A stretch of 64,000 nt of DNA, from NCBI RefSeq assembly GCF_006345805.1, contig NC_043010.1, positions 13,082,001 through 13,146,000 of the forward strand, in the 5' to 3' direction. This stretch comes from Octopus sinensis. Lineage: Eukaryota. Position numbers and translations under genes: made by a program. A model generated the notes under the pieces. It had not been told where the DNA came from. It did no database searches and saw only the letters and a list, made by a program, of their open reading frames with translations. Below are positions 1 to 11,130 of this stretch, piece by piece; positions within the stretch are counted from its first letter, which is position 1; each line of letters starts with the position of its first letter.

Positions 1-212
1 CCACTCGGGGCTAAACACAGAGGGAACAAACAAGGACAGACAAACGGATTAAGTCGATTAGATCGACCCCAGTGCATAACTGGTACTTAATTCATCGACC
101 CCGAAATGATGAAGGGCAAAGTCAACCTCAGTGGAATTTGAACTCAGAATGTAATGGCAGACGAAATACCACTAAGCATTTCGCCCGGTGTGCTTACGAT
201 TCTCCCAGCTCA
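1..212 (-). mobile_element. SINE family B (GGCGAGCTGGCAGAAACGTTAGC head; ...GGGTCGATAAATTAAGTACCAG... body), cut by window edge
   Basis: Matches many copies in the window (5373-5599, 26829-27061, 40833-41100). Confidence 0.85.
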
Positions 213-567
213 AATAACAATGATTTTGTTTATTTCCCACCAGGGTGAAGGATGAGGGGGACAATACAAAGATCAACACAAAGTGTGGGTGTTTACATAT
301 AATGAAGTGATGACAAAGAAAGAACGGAGCAAGTATACACAGTATACAATGAAAAGGAAGGGAAATAGACATAGGCACAGGCGTGGCCGTGTGGTAAGAA
401 GCTTGCTTCCCAAGCACATGGTTCTGGGTTCAGTCACACTGCATGGAACCTTGGACGGGTGTCTTCTACCTTGTGAGTGGATTTGGCAGGCAGAAACTGA
501 GTCATGTGCCTTCACTAAGGCAAGTGTTATAGCATAATTCATTAGGGATAGATCTAGAACAAGTGAC

Positions 568-710
568 ATGCAGTTCATCTTTGTGCCAGAAAGAGGTACT
601 ATTGATGCTGTCTTTTTTGTGAGACATCTTTAGGAGAAATACTTAGCTAGAAGTAAGCCCCTACAGCTAGCATTCATCAGCCTTTGATGGGTTTTCATGC
701 TCTGTAGTTT
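568..710 (+). mobile_element. Old RTE-clade LINE reverse transcriptase fragment
   Basis: Translates to FVPERGTIDAVFFVRHL*EKYLARSKPLQLAF, resembling the RTE RT motif GRGTTDAIF..RQLQEK. Confidence 0.6.
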
Positions 711-785
711 AGTTGTCTTTAACCCTTTCGTTACTGTATTTATTTTGAGATACTCTGCGTTTCTTTCAAATACGTTAAATATACG

Positions 786-1103
786 GAGATGTACTCGCAT
801 AGCAAGTGATTTGATCTGAGATCGTGTGCTGGAACGAAAACAACTGCAGCATGGAAGGTGTTTGTAAGCCATTTAAGAAACACACAAAAGCCGTTCGATT
901 CACTTCAACATTTAAGTTTAATTTGTCAAAATATTTTCTTCGCTATAAGACCGCGACCTGTTCACTGATGCAGCACGGATTTTTGTCAGTGAACAGGTCG
1001 CGGTCTTATAGCGACGAAAATATTTTGACAAATTAAACTTAAATGTTGAAGTGAATCGAACAGCTTTTGTGTGTTTCTTAAATGGCTTACAAACATCTTC
1101 CAC
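786..1103. mobile_element. Fold-back (Penelope-like pLTR) element, family H1
   Basis: 117-bp inverted arms 852-968/986-1102 plus one-sided tail 786-851; flanked by ttaaatata duplication; second copy at 61510-61780. Confidence 0.75.
982..1032 (+). ncRNA. Candidate minimal type I hammerhead ribozyme, G3:C8 core variant
   Basis: UUUGUCA-GUGAACA-G-GUCGC(9-nt loop)GCGAC-GAA-AAUAUU-U-UGACAAA: stems I and II pair perfectly and stem III is palindromic. Confidence 0.55.
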
Positions 1104-1324
1104 TTTAAATATAACAAAGAATTTAGTAAAATAACTTAGTTATCATACAGTTAGTTTTAGGAACGTTAATTGTGATTAAGGTTTGGTGATAAATTTTAGT
1201 TCAAAACTTTTGAAAACAAGACGTTTGTACTCAGAGCCAAAGCCAGTTTCATCTGGGTTGGTAACGAAAGGGTTAAGGAAATTAAAAGGTTCAAAAGGCT
1301 GTTCAGAAGCAATTTTTAGCTTCC

Positions 1325-1909
1325 TTTGCCCAGGTAACCAAATTATTCTCACAACCATTGAAATTATTTGCCCAGGTAACGAAATTATTCTCACAACCAT
1401 TGAAATTATTTGCCCAGGTAACCAAATTATTCTCACAACCATTGAAATTATTTGCCCAGGTAACCAAATTATTCTCACAACCATTGAAATTATTTGCCCA
1501 GGTAACCAAATTATTCTCACAACCATTGAAATTATTTGCCCAGCTAACCAAATTATTCTCACAACCATTGAAATTATTTGCCCAGGTAAGCAAATTATTC
1601 TCACAATCATTGAAATTATTTGCCCAGGTAACCAAATTATTCTCACAACCATTGAAAATAATTGCCCTGGTAACCAAATTATTCTCACAACCATTGAAAT
1701 TATTTGCCCAGGTAAGCAAATTATTCTCACAACCATTGAAATTATTTGCCCAGCTAACCAAATTATTCTCACAACCATTGAAATTATTTGCCCAGCTAAC
1801 CAAATTATTCTCACAACCATTGAAATTATTTGCCCAGGTAACCAAATTACTCTCACAACCATTGAAATTATTTGCCCAGGTAACCAAATTATTCTCACAA
1901 CCATTGAAA
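1325..1909. repeat. 42-bp minisatellite, 14 units (last partial)
   Basis: Unit tttgcccaggtaaccaaattattctcacaaccattgaaatta at exact 42-bp period from 1325 to 1871. Confidence 0.97.
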
Positions 1910-2482
1910 GAATGGTTGTGAGAATAAGAACAGAATGTAGAATGTTCAGGAAGATTTTTACTTTTACTAATAACAAAGTTTCATTCTCTGAGTAAAAAGT
2001 GGATTGTATGATTTTTGTGTGAGAAAAGTAATACTACATGGTACCAATGCATGTATCTTGATTCTGAAAAATTTATGATGACTAGAAAGAAAGATATGGG
2101 CTGCTACTATTGATGTATAATATTATTGAGCAGGTGGCAGAACATTAATAAGCTGAGATAAAAGTTGGATGTATTTGGATATATATAGAGAGATGAAGAA
2201 AATTGTGTAAGAAAGAAAACTGTGCTGGTTTGGGAATAAGATGCATATGAAAGATATTAGTTGTATGAAGAGCTAAAAGCAATCAGAGTGAATGGAACAT
2301 GTAGAGGTGAGAGACCTAAGAAGACATGTGTTCAAAGGCCATCGGGTCAAAACGGTGAAATTACAGTCAACCTCTTCCTTGTAAAAGTTTAAAAAACAAG
2401 TACTCTTCAAAAACACATTGAATAATCCTTCGGTAAATGTTAAATTGTTTTTGTATATAAGTTGGTATATAAACAAACAAAC

Positions 2483-2519
<37 letters not shown>

Positions 2520-2587
2520 TTTATATATATATACATATATATACACATTTATGTATATATATATATATATACACACATATATATATA

Positions 2588-2745
2588 TCATCATCATCAT
2601 CATCATCATTTAACGTCCGCTTTCCAAGCTAGCATGGGTTGGACGATTTGATTGAGGTCTGGCGAACCAGATTCCAATCTGATCTGGCAGAGTTTCTACA
2701 GCTGGATGCCCTTCCTAATGCCAACCACTCCAAGAGTGTAGTATA
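2588..2745 (-). mobile_element. 5'-truncated RTE 3' tail with (GAT)n end
   Basis: Reverse complement of the 3740-3903 tail. Confidence 0.85.
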
Positions 2746-2775
2746 CATATATATATATATAATATATATAGAGAG

Positions 2776-3903
2776 AGAGTAGAGTAAGAATAGCTTGGGC
2801 AAAGTTCAGAGAGCTCTTACCTCTGCTGGTGACAAAAGGCCTCTCGCACAGAGTGAAAGGCAGACTGTATGATGCGTGTGTACGAACAGCCATGCTACAT
2901 GGCAGTGAAACATGGGCCGTGACTGCTGAGGATATGCGTAAGCTTGCTAGAAATGAAGCCAGTATGCTCCGATGGATGTGTAATGCCGGTACTCACACTC
3001 GGCAGAGTGTAAGTACCTTGAGAGAAAAGCTGGACCTAAGAAGCATCAGTTGTGGGTGCAAGAGAGACGTTTGCGCTGGTATGGTCATGTGGCGAGAATG
3101 GATGAAGATAGTTGTGTGAAAAAGTGCCACACCCTAGCGGTTGAGGGAACCTGTGGAAGAGGCAGACCCAGGAAAACCTGGGACGAGGTGGTGAAGCACG
3201 ACCTTCGAACTTTAGGTCTCACTGAGGAAATGACTAGAGACCGAGACCTCTGGAAGTGTGCTGTGCGCGAGAAGACCCGGCAGGACAAGTGAGTCCACAA
3301 CCCGTGGCCTTCTACATGGGATGGAGCCAGCCTACGTATGCATACCTTCCCTTCTTGGGACACAAAACTCTACTTGTGAAGACGTGTTGAGGCAAGTGAG
3401 GATCAGAATCGAAATCGATCAATGGAAATTGCGGATGTGCTACCAGTGCCGGTGGCATGTCGAAACTCTGCTTGTGAAGACCCATTGAGGCAAGTGAGGA
3501 TCAGAATCGAAATCGATCAATGGAAATCGATCAATGGAAATTGCAGATGTGTTACCAGTGCCGGTGGCATGTAAGAGAACTTTCCGTTTCGCGACCGTTG
3601 CCAGCACCGCCCCGTTTCGTGTCCGTTGCCAGCCTCGCCTGGCCCTCGTGCCGGTGGCACATATAAAGAACCATCCGTTCGTGGCCGTTTGCCAGCTCTG
3701 TCTGGCACCAGTGCGGGTGGCACGTAAAAAGCACCCACTACACTCACGGAGTGGTTGGCGTTAGGAAGGGCATCCAGCCGTAGAAACACTGCCAGATTTG
3801 ACTGGGCCTGATGAAGCCTTCTGGCTTCACAGACCCCAGTAGAACCGTCCAACCCATGCTAGCATGGAAAACGGACGCTAAATGATGATGATGATGATGA
3901 TGA
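2776..3903 (+). mobile_element. RTE-clade LINE 3' portion (RT C-terminus, frameshift near 3058, 3'UTR and (GAT)n tail)
   Basis: ORFs 2829-3119 and 3050-3292 give ..LHGSETWAVT..LRWYGHVARM..GRGRPRKTWDEVV, typical of the RTE ORF end. Confidence 0.92.
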
Positions 3904-3948
3904 TATATATATATGTATGTATATATATATATATATAATATATATATG

Positions 3949-3992
<44 letters not shown>

Positions 3993-4006
3993 GTATGTAT
4001 GTATAC

Positions 4007-4053
<47 letters not shown>

Positions 4054-4260
4054 TTAGAGACAAACCGCTATTTAGTTATTCCATCAATAGTGAAAAGATA
4101 TTATCTATGATAACCACATAGAAATTAATTAAATATCTTATAATTATTATTCTAAAAATCTCATAACAAATCAAACATTTGCATAGGCCTCTTATAAGGT
4201 ATCACCAGCTTTTGGCAAAATGTATATATGTATATATATGTATATGTTTGTAAATATATA

Positions 4261-4322
<62 letters not shown>

Positions 4323-4410
4323 GAGGTCTAATCAATAAGTATCCAGAATGTCGCCATAGAAACGAAGCTAAAGTATGTAGAGTGAAGCCACTTGACAAAG
4401 AGCATGTGCA

Positions 4411-4668
4411 CTAAGTTACAGGGACGTAAACACACCAGCATCGGTTGTCAAGCGATGTTGGGGGGGACAAACACAGACTCATAAACACACACACATATAC
4501 ATATATACAACGGGCTTCTTTCAGTTTCCATCTACCAAATCCACTCACAAGGCTTTGGTCGGCCCAAGGCCATAGTAGAAGACACTTACCCAAGGTGCCA
4601 CACAGTGGGACTGAACCCAGAACCATGTGGTTGGTAAACAAGCTACTTACCACACAGCCACTCCTGCG
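4411..4668 (-). mobile_element. SINE family A (tRNA-like head, central microsatellite), partial
   Basis: Matches 16631-17110 and 28025-28440. Confidence 0.85.
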
Positions 4669-5094
4669 CCTTAATATTTAAGCTTTTGTAGTATCTGTTA
4701 TTGATGTCTACAGGAAATGAATGCATATGGCCTAGTGGTTAGGGTGTTGCGTTCATGACTGGAAAGTTGTGGGCTCAATTCCTGAATTCAGCAGCTAATT
4801 GTACCATTGAGCAGGGAAGTTAATCTCACATTGCTTTAGACTACTCCTCTGAAAGTGAATACCTGCAAACTACTGATTCAGTTTTCTCTCTCTCTCCCCC
4901 CCTTTCTCTCCGTTTCTCTCTCTCTCTCTCTCTCCTATTATGCGGCTTTCGTAGCAAAGGCTTCATGTTTTCATATCTGATATGTGCCACCCTGACTCTT
5001 CTGTACTTCTAGCCATTACTTCCATTCCCTGAGGTTACTTTTTCCTTTGGCCATCTCAGCAACTATCAATCACTCACACCCTCTGTTGCCAGCA

Positions 5095-5330
5095 TGGAGG
5101 CACATGGCTTAGTTAGTGGTTAGGGTGTTAGATTCATGATCGTAAGATTGTGGTTTTGATTTCCTGGACAAGGCGACATGTTGTGTTCTTCAGCAAAACA
5201 CTTTGTTTCACTCAGCTGACAAAAATGAGTAATCCTGAAATGGACTGGCGTCCTGTCCAGGTGGAGAATATACACGCCATGGAAACCAGGAAACTGGCCC
5301 TATGAGTCTATAACTTTCAGGAAGGAACTT
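5095..5330 (+). mobile_element. tRNA-headed SINE, head type F with tail type C'
   Basis: ggaggcacatggc..tagtggttagggtg head; tail gactggcgtcctgtccaggtgg..ggaaactggccctatgag shared with 55085-55375. Confidence 0.7.
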
Positions 5331-5372
5331 TATCTTTTTAACTTCATCTTTTACCAGCAGACATGTAAGTAC

Positions 5373-5599
5373 CTATTTCTTTACTACCCACAAGGGGCTA
5401 AATACAGAGGGGACAAGCGGATTAAGTCGATTACATCGACCCTAGTGCGTAACTGGTACTTAATTTATCGACCCCCGAAAGGATGAAAGGCAAAGTCGAC
5501 CTCGACGAAATTTGAACTCAGAACGTAACGGCAGATGAAATATGGCTACGTATTTCGCCCGGCGTGCTAACGATTCTGCCAGCTCACTGCCTTATGTAC
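5373..5599 (-). mobile_element. SINE family B, full length, 15-bp TSD
   Basis: cagacatgtaagtac at 5358-5372 and 5600-5614. Confidence 0.9.
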
Positions 5600-5904
5600 C
5601 AGACATGTAAGTACTATTACTGTATCTCTCCCTTTCCTCCCTTCTATTACTCTCTCTCTCTCTCTCTCCCCTTCTTCTCTCTGGCAACATCTCTTCCACT
5701 TCTACTACCATCTCACTCCAATTCACTCTGCTTCTCCAGTTACATTCTTACTTCATACTCCATCTCATTGGTCATTGGTGTCTTTTTATCAACTCTGACT
5801 GTCGCATTACCTTGAACAAACAGAGATAGTTGTAAGCAGGTGTCGCCACCATGCAAGTGGTGCCCTTCAGTTCCAATTTTCTGGGACATTTCTGATCATG
5901 GGAT

Positions 5905-6125
5905 CCGGTGACACGTAAAAAGCACCATCCAATCATGGCCGTTTGCCAGCCTCGTCTGGCACATAAAAAGCACCCACTACACTCTCGGAGAGGTCGGCGT
6001 TAGGAAGGGCATCCAACTGTAGAAACACTGCCAGATAAGACTGGAGCCTGGTGCAGCCTTCTGGTTTCTCAAACCTCAGTTGAACCGTCCAACCCATGCT
6101 AGCATGGAAAGCGGATGCTAAATGA
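5905..6125 (+). mobile_element. RTE 3' tail fragment
   Basis: Homologous to 3700-3890. Confidence 0.8.
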
Positions 6126-6563
6126 TGTGGAAACAGGTGGGGGTTGACAGTAGGAAGGGTGTCCAGCTGCAGAGAATCTACCTCATCAAATTCTGTCTGA
6201 CTCATGTGAGAATAGAAAAGTGGATGTTAAAATGATGATGACGATAATGATGATGATACACACACACACGTGCACTCTTGCACATTATATCATTATTGTT
6301 TTAACATCTATTTTTCCATGCTTGCATGAGTCAGATGAGAATACATTGAAGCATGGTGTTTTTATGACCGGATGCCCTTCCTGTTGCTAACCTCACTTTT
6401 TCCAAGCTAAATAGTAATCTTCCAGTCTAGTGAATAACAATAGCCCAAGTGTGTTTTACATGGAGAACAGGAAAAACAAAACATACAAAAAATGACATCA
6501 TTTCATCATTTAATTCTGCTTCTTATGATATCCACTTGATCTTGCTCATCTCATCATAGTAGA

Positions 6564-7325
6564 TGTCTTGCAAACAACTTGCACATGCAAGTGCTACTAG
6601 TCAAAAACTCCTCATACCAGAAGCCAGCAAGTGTATGGAGTCATTAGGAAAGAATGCGCGCTGTTTCGGGGCCTACCTCTCGACGGCATCAATGCGCACT
6701 GGACCCCCTCACTGATATGAGGCCCCGCTTGCTAGATCAGCTGGTTATCAAATAAAGTTCAATATTCTTCTAGCCATCGCTCATCCTCTCTTTTTAACCA
6801 AATCCAGTGGCTAGCCTTCTCCACTGTAGATTGGATATCAGTCATGGTGGTATTGACTTTACGATGAGTTAGTCCTAACGATAACAACAGTCGTCTCACG
6901 CTGTGTCCAACAAACCCTCTACATCCATCTAACACCCGTGGACATATTTACAAAGTCAGAAAACAGCACAGCTCCAATGACTTTCAGAAACATTTTTTCA
7001 TGCTGAGAGTTGCTGAAGCATGGAACAAACTGCCGGCATCAGTTGTTAGTTGTCAGAGCACTGCATCCTTCAAGACTTCCATGCTTCCTGAGATTCGCCA
7101 ACACTACAACTGATTTTCTCCCCTCCATACACACACAAACATGTATCTGACTCATACATTGTTTGCTTTCCAGACATTTGTACATTACTGCATGTACTTT
7201 ATATGCACTTTCTGACAAGTTGTGGTGCACCTGAGCACTGTATACAATAATTTCATTACTATTATTATTATTTATTATTACATCCGACTTCAATTGGAAA
7301 ATGTTCTGCTTTCCATTTAATCCAG
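6564..7325 (-). mobile_element. HERO-like (RLE) LINE 3' end interrupted by a CR1 fragment
   Basis: Inverted copy of 9471-9866; sequence resumes at 7280 after the CR1 insertion. Confidence 0.75.
6927..7279 (+). mobile_element. CR1-type LINE 3' end with 7-bp TSD
   Basis: Encodes a FFMLRVAEAWNKLPASVV-type motif; (ATT)n tail; tacatcc at 6920-6926 and 7279-7285. Confidence 0.85.
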
Positions 7326-7539
7326 TTCATTAGAGCAGTCCCTTGATCAAGTATCCACTTCAACTTTCTCATAATAGTATCCATGTGATCCTGCTCATAA
7401 TTGTATCCAAATCTCAACAAACTTCTTACTGCATTTTAAATAGAAATCTTATTCTCTTAACCCTTTTGATACCAAGCATTCTGGAAACCCTTCCATTTAT
7501 ATGATACAAAATTGTCTAATCTAGCTTCATCTGGTCTCC

Positions 7540-7797
7540 ATCCGACCGTAAAAAGCACCATCCGATCGTGGCCGTTTGCCAGCCTCATCTGGCACCTGTG
7601 CCAGTGGCACATAAAAAGCACCCACTACACTCTCGGAGTGGTTGGCGTTAGGAAGGGCATCCAGCTGTAGAAACACTGCCAGATCAGACTGGGCCTGGCG
7701 CAGCCTTCTAGCTTCCCAGACCCCAGTTGAACCGTCCAACCCATGCTAGCATGGAAAACGGACGTTAAACGATGATGATGATGATGATGATGATGAA
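7540..7797 (+). mobile_element. RTE 3' tail fragment
   Basis: aaaagcacccactacactc..ggacgttaaac(gat)n. Confidence 0.85.
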
Positions 7798-7920
7798 AGT
7801 ATTTGTAGTTAAATTCTAACCTTCAATTCCGATGCTATACAAGAAACTTTTATACTTTAGTTCCAAGCACTAACTGGAAAATATTAGTTGTTTTACTAAA
7901 TCCCTTTAAATTCTTCTTTT

Positions 7921-8149
7921 TTTTACTTGTTTCAGTCATTTGACTGTGGCCATGCTGGAGCACCACATTTAGTCAAGAAAATCAACCCCTGGACTAATTC
8001 TTTGCAAGCCTAGTACTTATTCTATCGGTCTCTTTTGCTGAACCGCTAAGTTACGGTGACATAAACACACCAGCATTAGTTGTCAAGCGATGTTGGGGGG
8101 ACAAAAACAGACACACAAACACATATATACACACACACACACATATATA

Positions 8150-8227
<78 letters not shown>

Positions 8228-8394
8228 TACGATGGGCTTCTTTCAGTTTCCGTCTACCAAATCCACTTACAAGGCTTTGGTCGGACCGAGGCAATAGTAG
8301 AAGACACTTGCCCAAGAAGACACTTGCCTAAGGTGTGACTGAACTCGGAACCACGTGGTTTGTAAGCAAGCTACTTACCATACAGCCACTCCTA
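7921..8394 (-). mobile_element. SINE family A, full length with central (TA)n
   Basis: Both halves present. Confidence 0.88.
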
Positions 8395-8623
8395 CCATTT
8401 TGTCCATGTTATTTACTGTGGAAAATATTCAGGAATATATACAGAAAATGATTAAGTCCTTATGTCAGGTCAACAATTGCCTCTATACATCAGAAAGAGC
8501 ATAAGTAGGAAGATCTCTCTGATTATGTTCTGGGCCATAAATCCTTGTTTGACTGAGGGTTTAGAAAGATATCATCTAAACTTACCAAAATAATTTCAGT
8601 CGTTAAGCTGTCGTTAATTTACT

Positions 8624-9003
8624 ACACAAACATTTCATCTTTAGGTTATTTCTTAAACACATATTTCGTTTTGGGATTTGGTTTGCAAGATTCTTTATAT
8701 GAGTTCGTGTTTTGAAGAATATTCTATTGTGTCTGGGGAGAGTCATTTTCTTTTTGTGCCTTATTATTTAACACACTCACCGTTAAAATTTCCACTTTTT
8801 TTCTTATTTTTATTGTCCTAAAATTTTTGTTGCGTCTTGCAACCTTTTCAATAGTTTTGACTCTCAAAACTATTGAAATGGGTTGCAAAACATAATGAAA
8901 ATTTTAGGACAATAAAAATAAGAAAAACGTGGAAATTTTACTGGTGAGTGTGTTACATAATAAGGCACAAAAAGAAAATGACTCTCCCCAGACACAATAG
9001 AAT
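8624..9003. mobile_element. Fold-back (Penelope-like) element, family H2
   Basis: Arms 8721-8860/8864-9003 with 3-nt loop and one-sided tail to ~8624; single-arm copy at 34208-34395. Confidence 0.75.
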
Positions 9004-9356
9004 AGACTCAAATTGTTTTTGTTATCAACATAATTATTATTTATCATACAATTAGAGTCTCTCAGTAATTAACTCTTGTGATTTATTTCTTAATTATTTC
9101 TTAATATATGCTAATTTTCACTCCCGTGTATAATATTGTCCATCTACTTTCATGATTCTCTCATCATTATTTCAACAAATACAGTTTATCATCTGAAACA
9201 TGTCCAAAGTTATCAAAATGATATAGAACACCACATATTCCTGAAATGATACAGAACACTATTAAATTATATAGAACATAACATAAAGCTAATGTTGTCT
9301 TTTTGCTGCTACTTAATTATTTCTGAATAGACATTTGATGTTTACTACATTAAATA

Positions 9357-9468
9357 TCATCATCATCATCATCGTTTAGCGTCCGCATCCCATGCTGGCA
9401 TGGGTTGGACGGTGCAACTGGGGTCTAGGAAGCCAGAAGGCTGCACCAAACCCAGTCTGATCTGGCAA
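9357..9468 (-). mobile_element. RTE 3' tail fragment
   Basis: (cat)n cgtttagcgtccgc.. Confidence 0.8.
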
Positions 9469-9470
9469 AC

Positions 9471-9866
9471 ATTAACTGGAAAGCGGAACATTTTCCAATC
9501 GAAGTTGGATGTAGAGGGTTTGTTGGACACAGTGTGAGACGACTGTCATTATTGTTAGGCCTAATTCATCATAAAGTCAATACCACCATGACCGATATCC
9601 AAACTACAGTGGAGAAGGCTAGCCACTGGATTTGGTTAAAAAGAGACGATGAGCGATGGCTAGAAGAATATTGAGTTCTTCATAACCAGCTGATCTAGCA
9701 AGCGGGGCCTCATATCAGTGAAGGGGGCCAGTGCACATTGATGCCATCGAGAGGTAGGCCCCGAAACGGTGCGCCTTCTCTCCTGATGACCCCATAAACT
9801 TGCTGGCTTCTGGTATGCGGAGTTTTTGACTGGTAGCACTTGCATGTGCAAGTTGCTTGCAAGACG
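9471..9866 (+). mobile_element. HERO/NeSL-like restriction-like-endonuclease LINE, 3' end
   Basis: Translates to WKAEHFPIEVGCRGFVGHSVRR..VEKASHWIWLKRD*, matching the remembered PIEVGCRGF..ASxWxWxKR C-terminus of HERO-type elements. Confidence 0.75.
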
Positions 9867-9983
9867 TCAATATATTAACATTAACTTAAAATGAGTTAAA
9901 TTGATTTTCACTGTCACATCTGTTGCTATAACAACTATCTAAAGTTAATTCTTCAGAATCCTGAGGAACCACAATGCCACTGA

Positions 9984-10255
9984 TTATCTTCTTGTCATTG
10001 AATGCCATTCATCAAACGTATGAAAACAGAAATGTACACCTGGTTTTCGTGTTTGCACAAGGTTGGTTCCAATGCTGGAGTCAAGTTTGCTCAAATCTTT
10101 GAACTGAAGAGAAGCAGGACTGGCACCAGGTCCAGCCTTCTGATCTTTGTTTCCCCAAGAAAAGGAAATGTTGCGTTGCTTCAAATTGTTGTCTTTGAAG
10201 CGCAAGAGTGGCCTTCCAAATGACCTTCCTGTTGGGAATTGGCCAAAGAGAAGTT
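9984..10255 (-). mobile_element. Degenerate RTE-type LINE ORF end
   Basis: LLFGQFPTGRSFGRPLLRFKDNNLK resembles LLYG...GRP.LR(Y/F)KD. Confidence 0.55.
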
Positions 10256-10625
10256 ACTTTGGAACTCTGATATCACTCATATGTGAGGTATGATCTGACC
10301 ATCTAAGCTGTATTTTGATAAGAATGACTTCAGTACCTCATATGATGCATTTTGTTAGCACCTCACTGTTACAAATATGGTCACTCGGTTTTATGTTGCA
10401 GATAGTACGCAAACATCACATATGAAAAGTGTCAAGCTAGTTGCTGATTTTTTGATACAGGGTTCAAAATTCAGCACCATAAAGCAATGATGTCAAAACC
10501 ACACCAACTTATATACTTGTATACATCAACTTCCACCTTCAACAATACATTTGTAGCTGTTCCAAAGCTATATATATATATATATATATATGAAATATAC
10601 TCTTATCTTCATAAATCTCAGCATT

Positions 10626-11130
10626 ACATCATCATCATCACCATCACCATCATCATCATCAACAACATCATCATTTAACGTTTGTTGTCCATGCTTGCAT
10701 GGGTTGGATGCTTTGACCAGGGCTGGTAAGCTGAAAGGCTGCACCAGATTCCAGTCTGATTTAGCATGGTCTTTTTCTACAGTTGGACGACCTTCCTAAC
10801 GCCAACCACTCCAAGAGTGTAGTGGATGCTTTTACATGCCACCAGCATGGGTGACATTTGCATGACACGGGTGTGATGACTGTGATTTTGTTCAGCTTCA
10901 TGGGTCCTCTTCTCATGCACAACATAATGCCAAAGGTGTCAGTCATTGCCTCTGTGAGGTCCAACGCTTGAAAGGAACTCGACCACTTTGCCTCCGTGAG
11001 GCCTAATGCTCAAAAGGAACTTTACCTCTGTGAAGCCCAACACTCGAAATGAACTCAGCCACTTTGGCTCCATGGGGCCCAACGCTCGAAAGGAACTCAG
11101 TCACTTTGCCTCCATGAGGCCCTATGCTCA
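10626..11130 (-). mobile_element. Older RTE-subfamily tail with ~39-bp tandem repeats
   Basis: Inverted homologue of 53700-54112. Confidence 0.75.

Larger units (their letters stand above)
719..1276. mobile_element. piggyBac-like MITE with nested insertion at 786-1103
   Basis: TTAA-CCCTTTCGTTAC ... GTAACGAAAGGG-TTAA termini; an uninterrupted inverted copy is at 36805-37033. Confidence 0.85.

Noticed and set aside
1176-1995. Four long ORFs (187-270 aa) or a CRISPR-like array
   Set aside because: All derive from a contiguous 42-bp unit with no spacers. There are no cas genes, the context is eukaryotic, and stop-free frames follow from the unit length.
4185-4225. CTGGTGA hammerhead-like core on the minus strand
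   Set aside because: No GAAA or stem III follows.
4320-4400. Mariner-like TIR fragment
   Set aside because: Resemblance is from memory only; no partner TIR or transposase was found.
9704-9790. Hammerhead in the HERO-like 3'UTR (GAAAC ... CTGATGA)
   Set aside because: The sequences flanking the two motifs (gcccc / cccc) cannot form stem II, and the sister copy reads ctaatga.
9957-10287. Plus-strand host exon (cag ... gag|gtatga)
   Set aside because: There are stops in all three plus frames, and the minus strand resembles an RTE ORF end.
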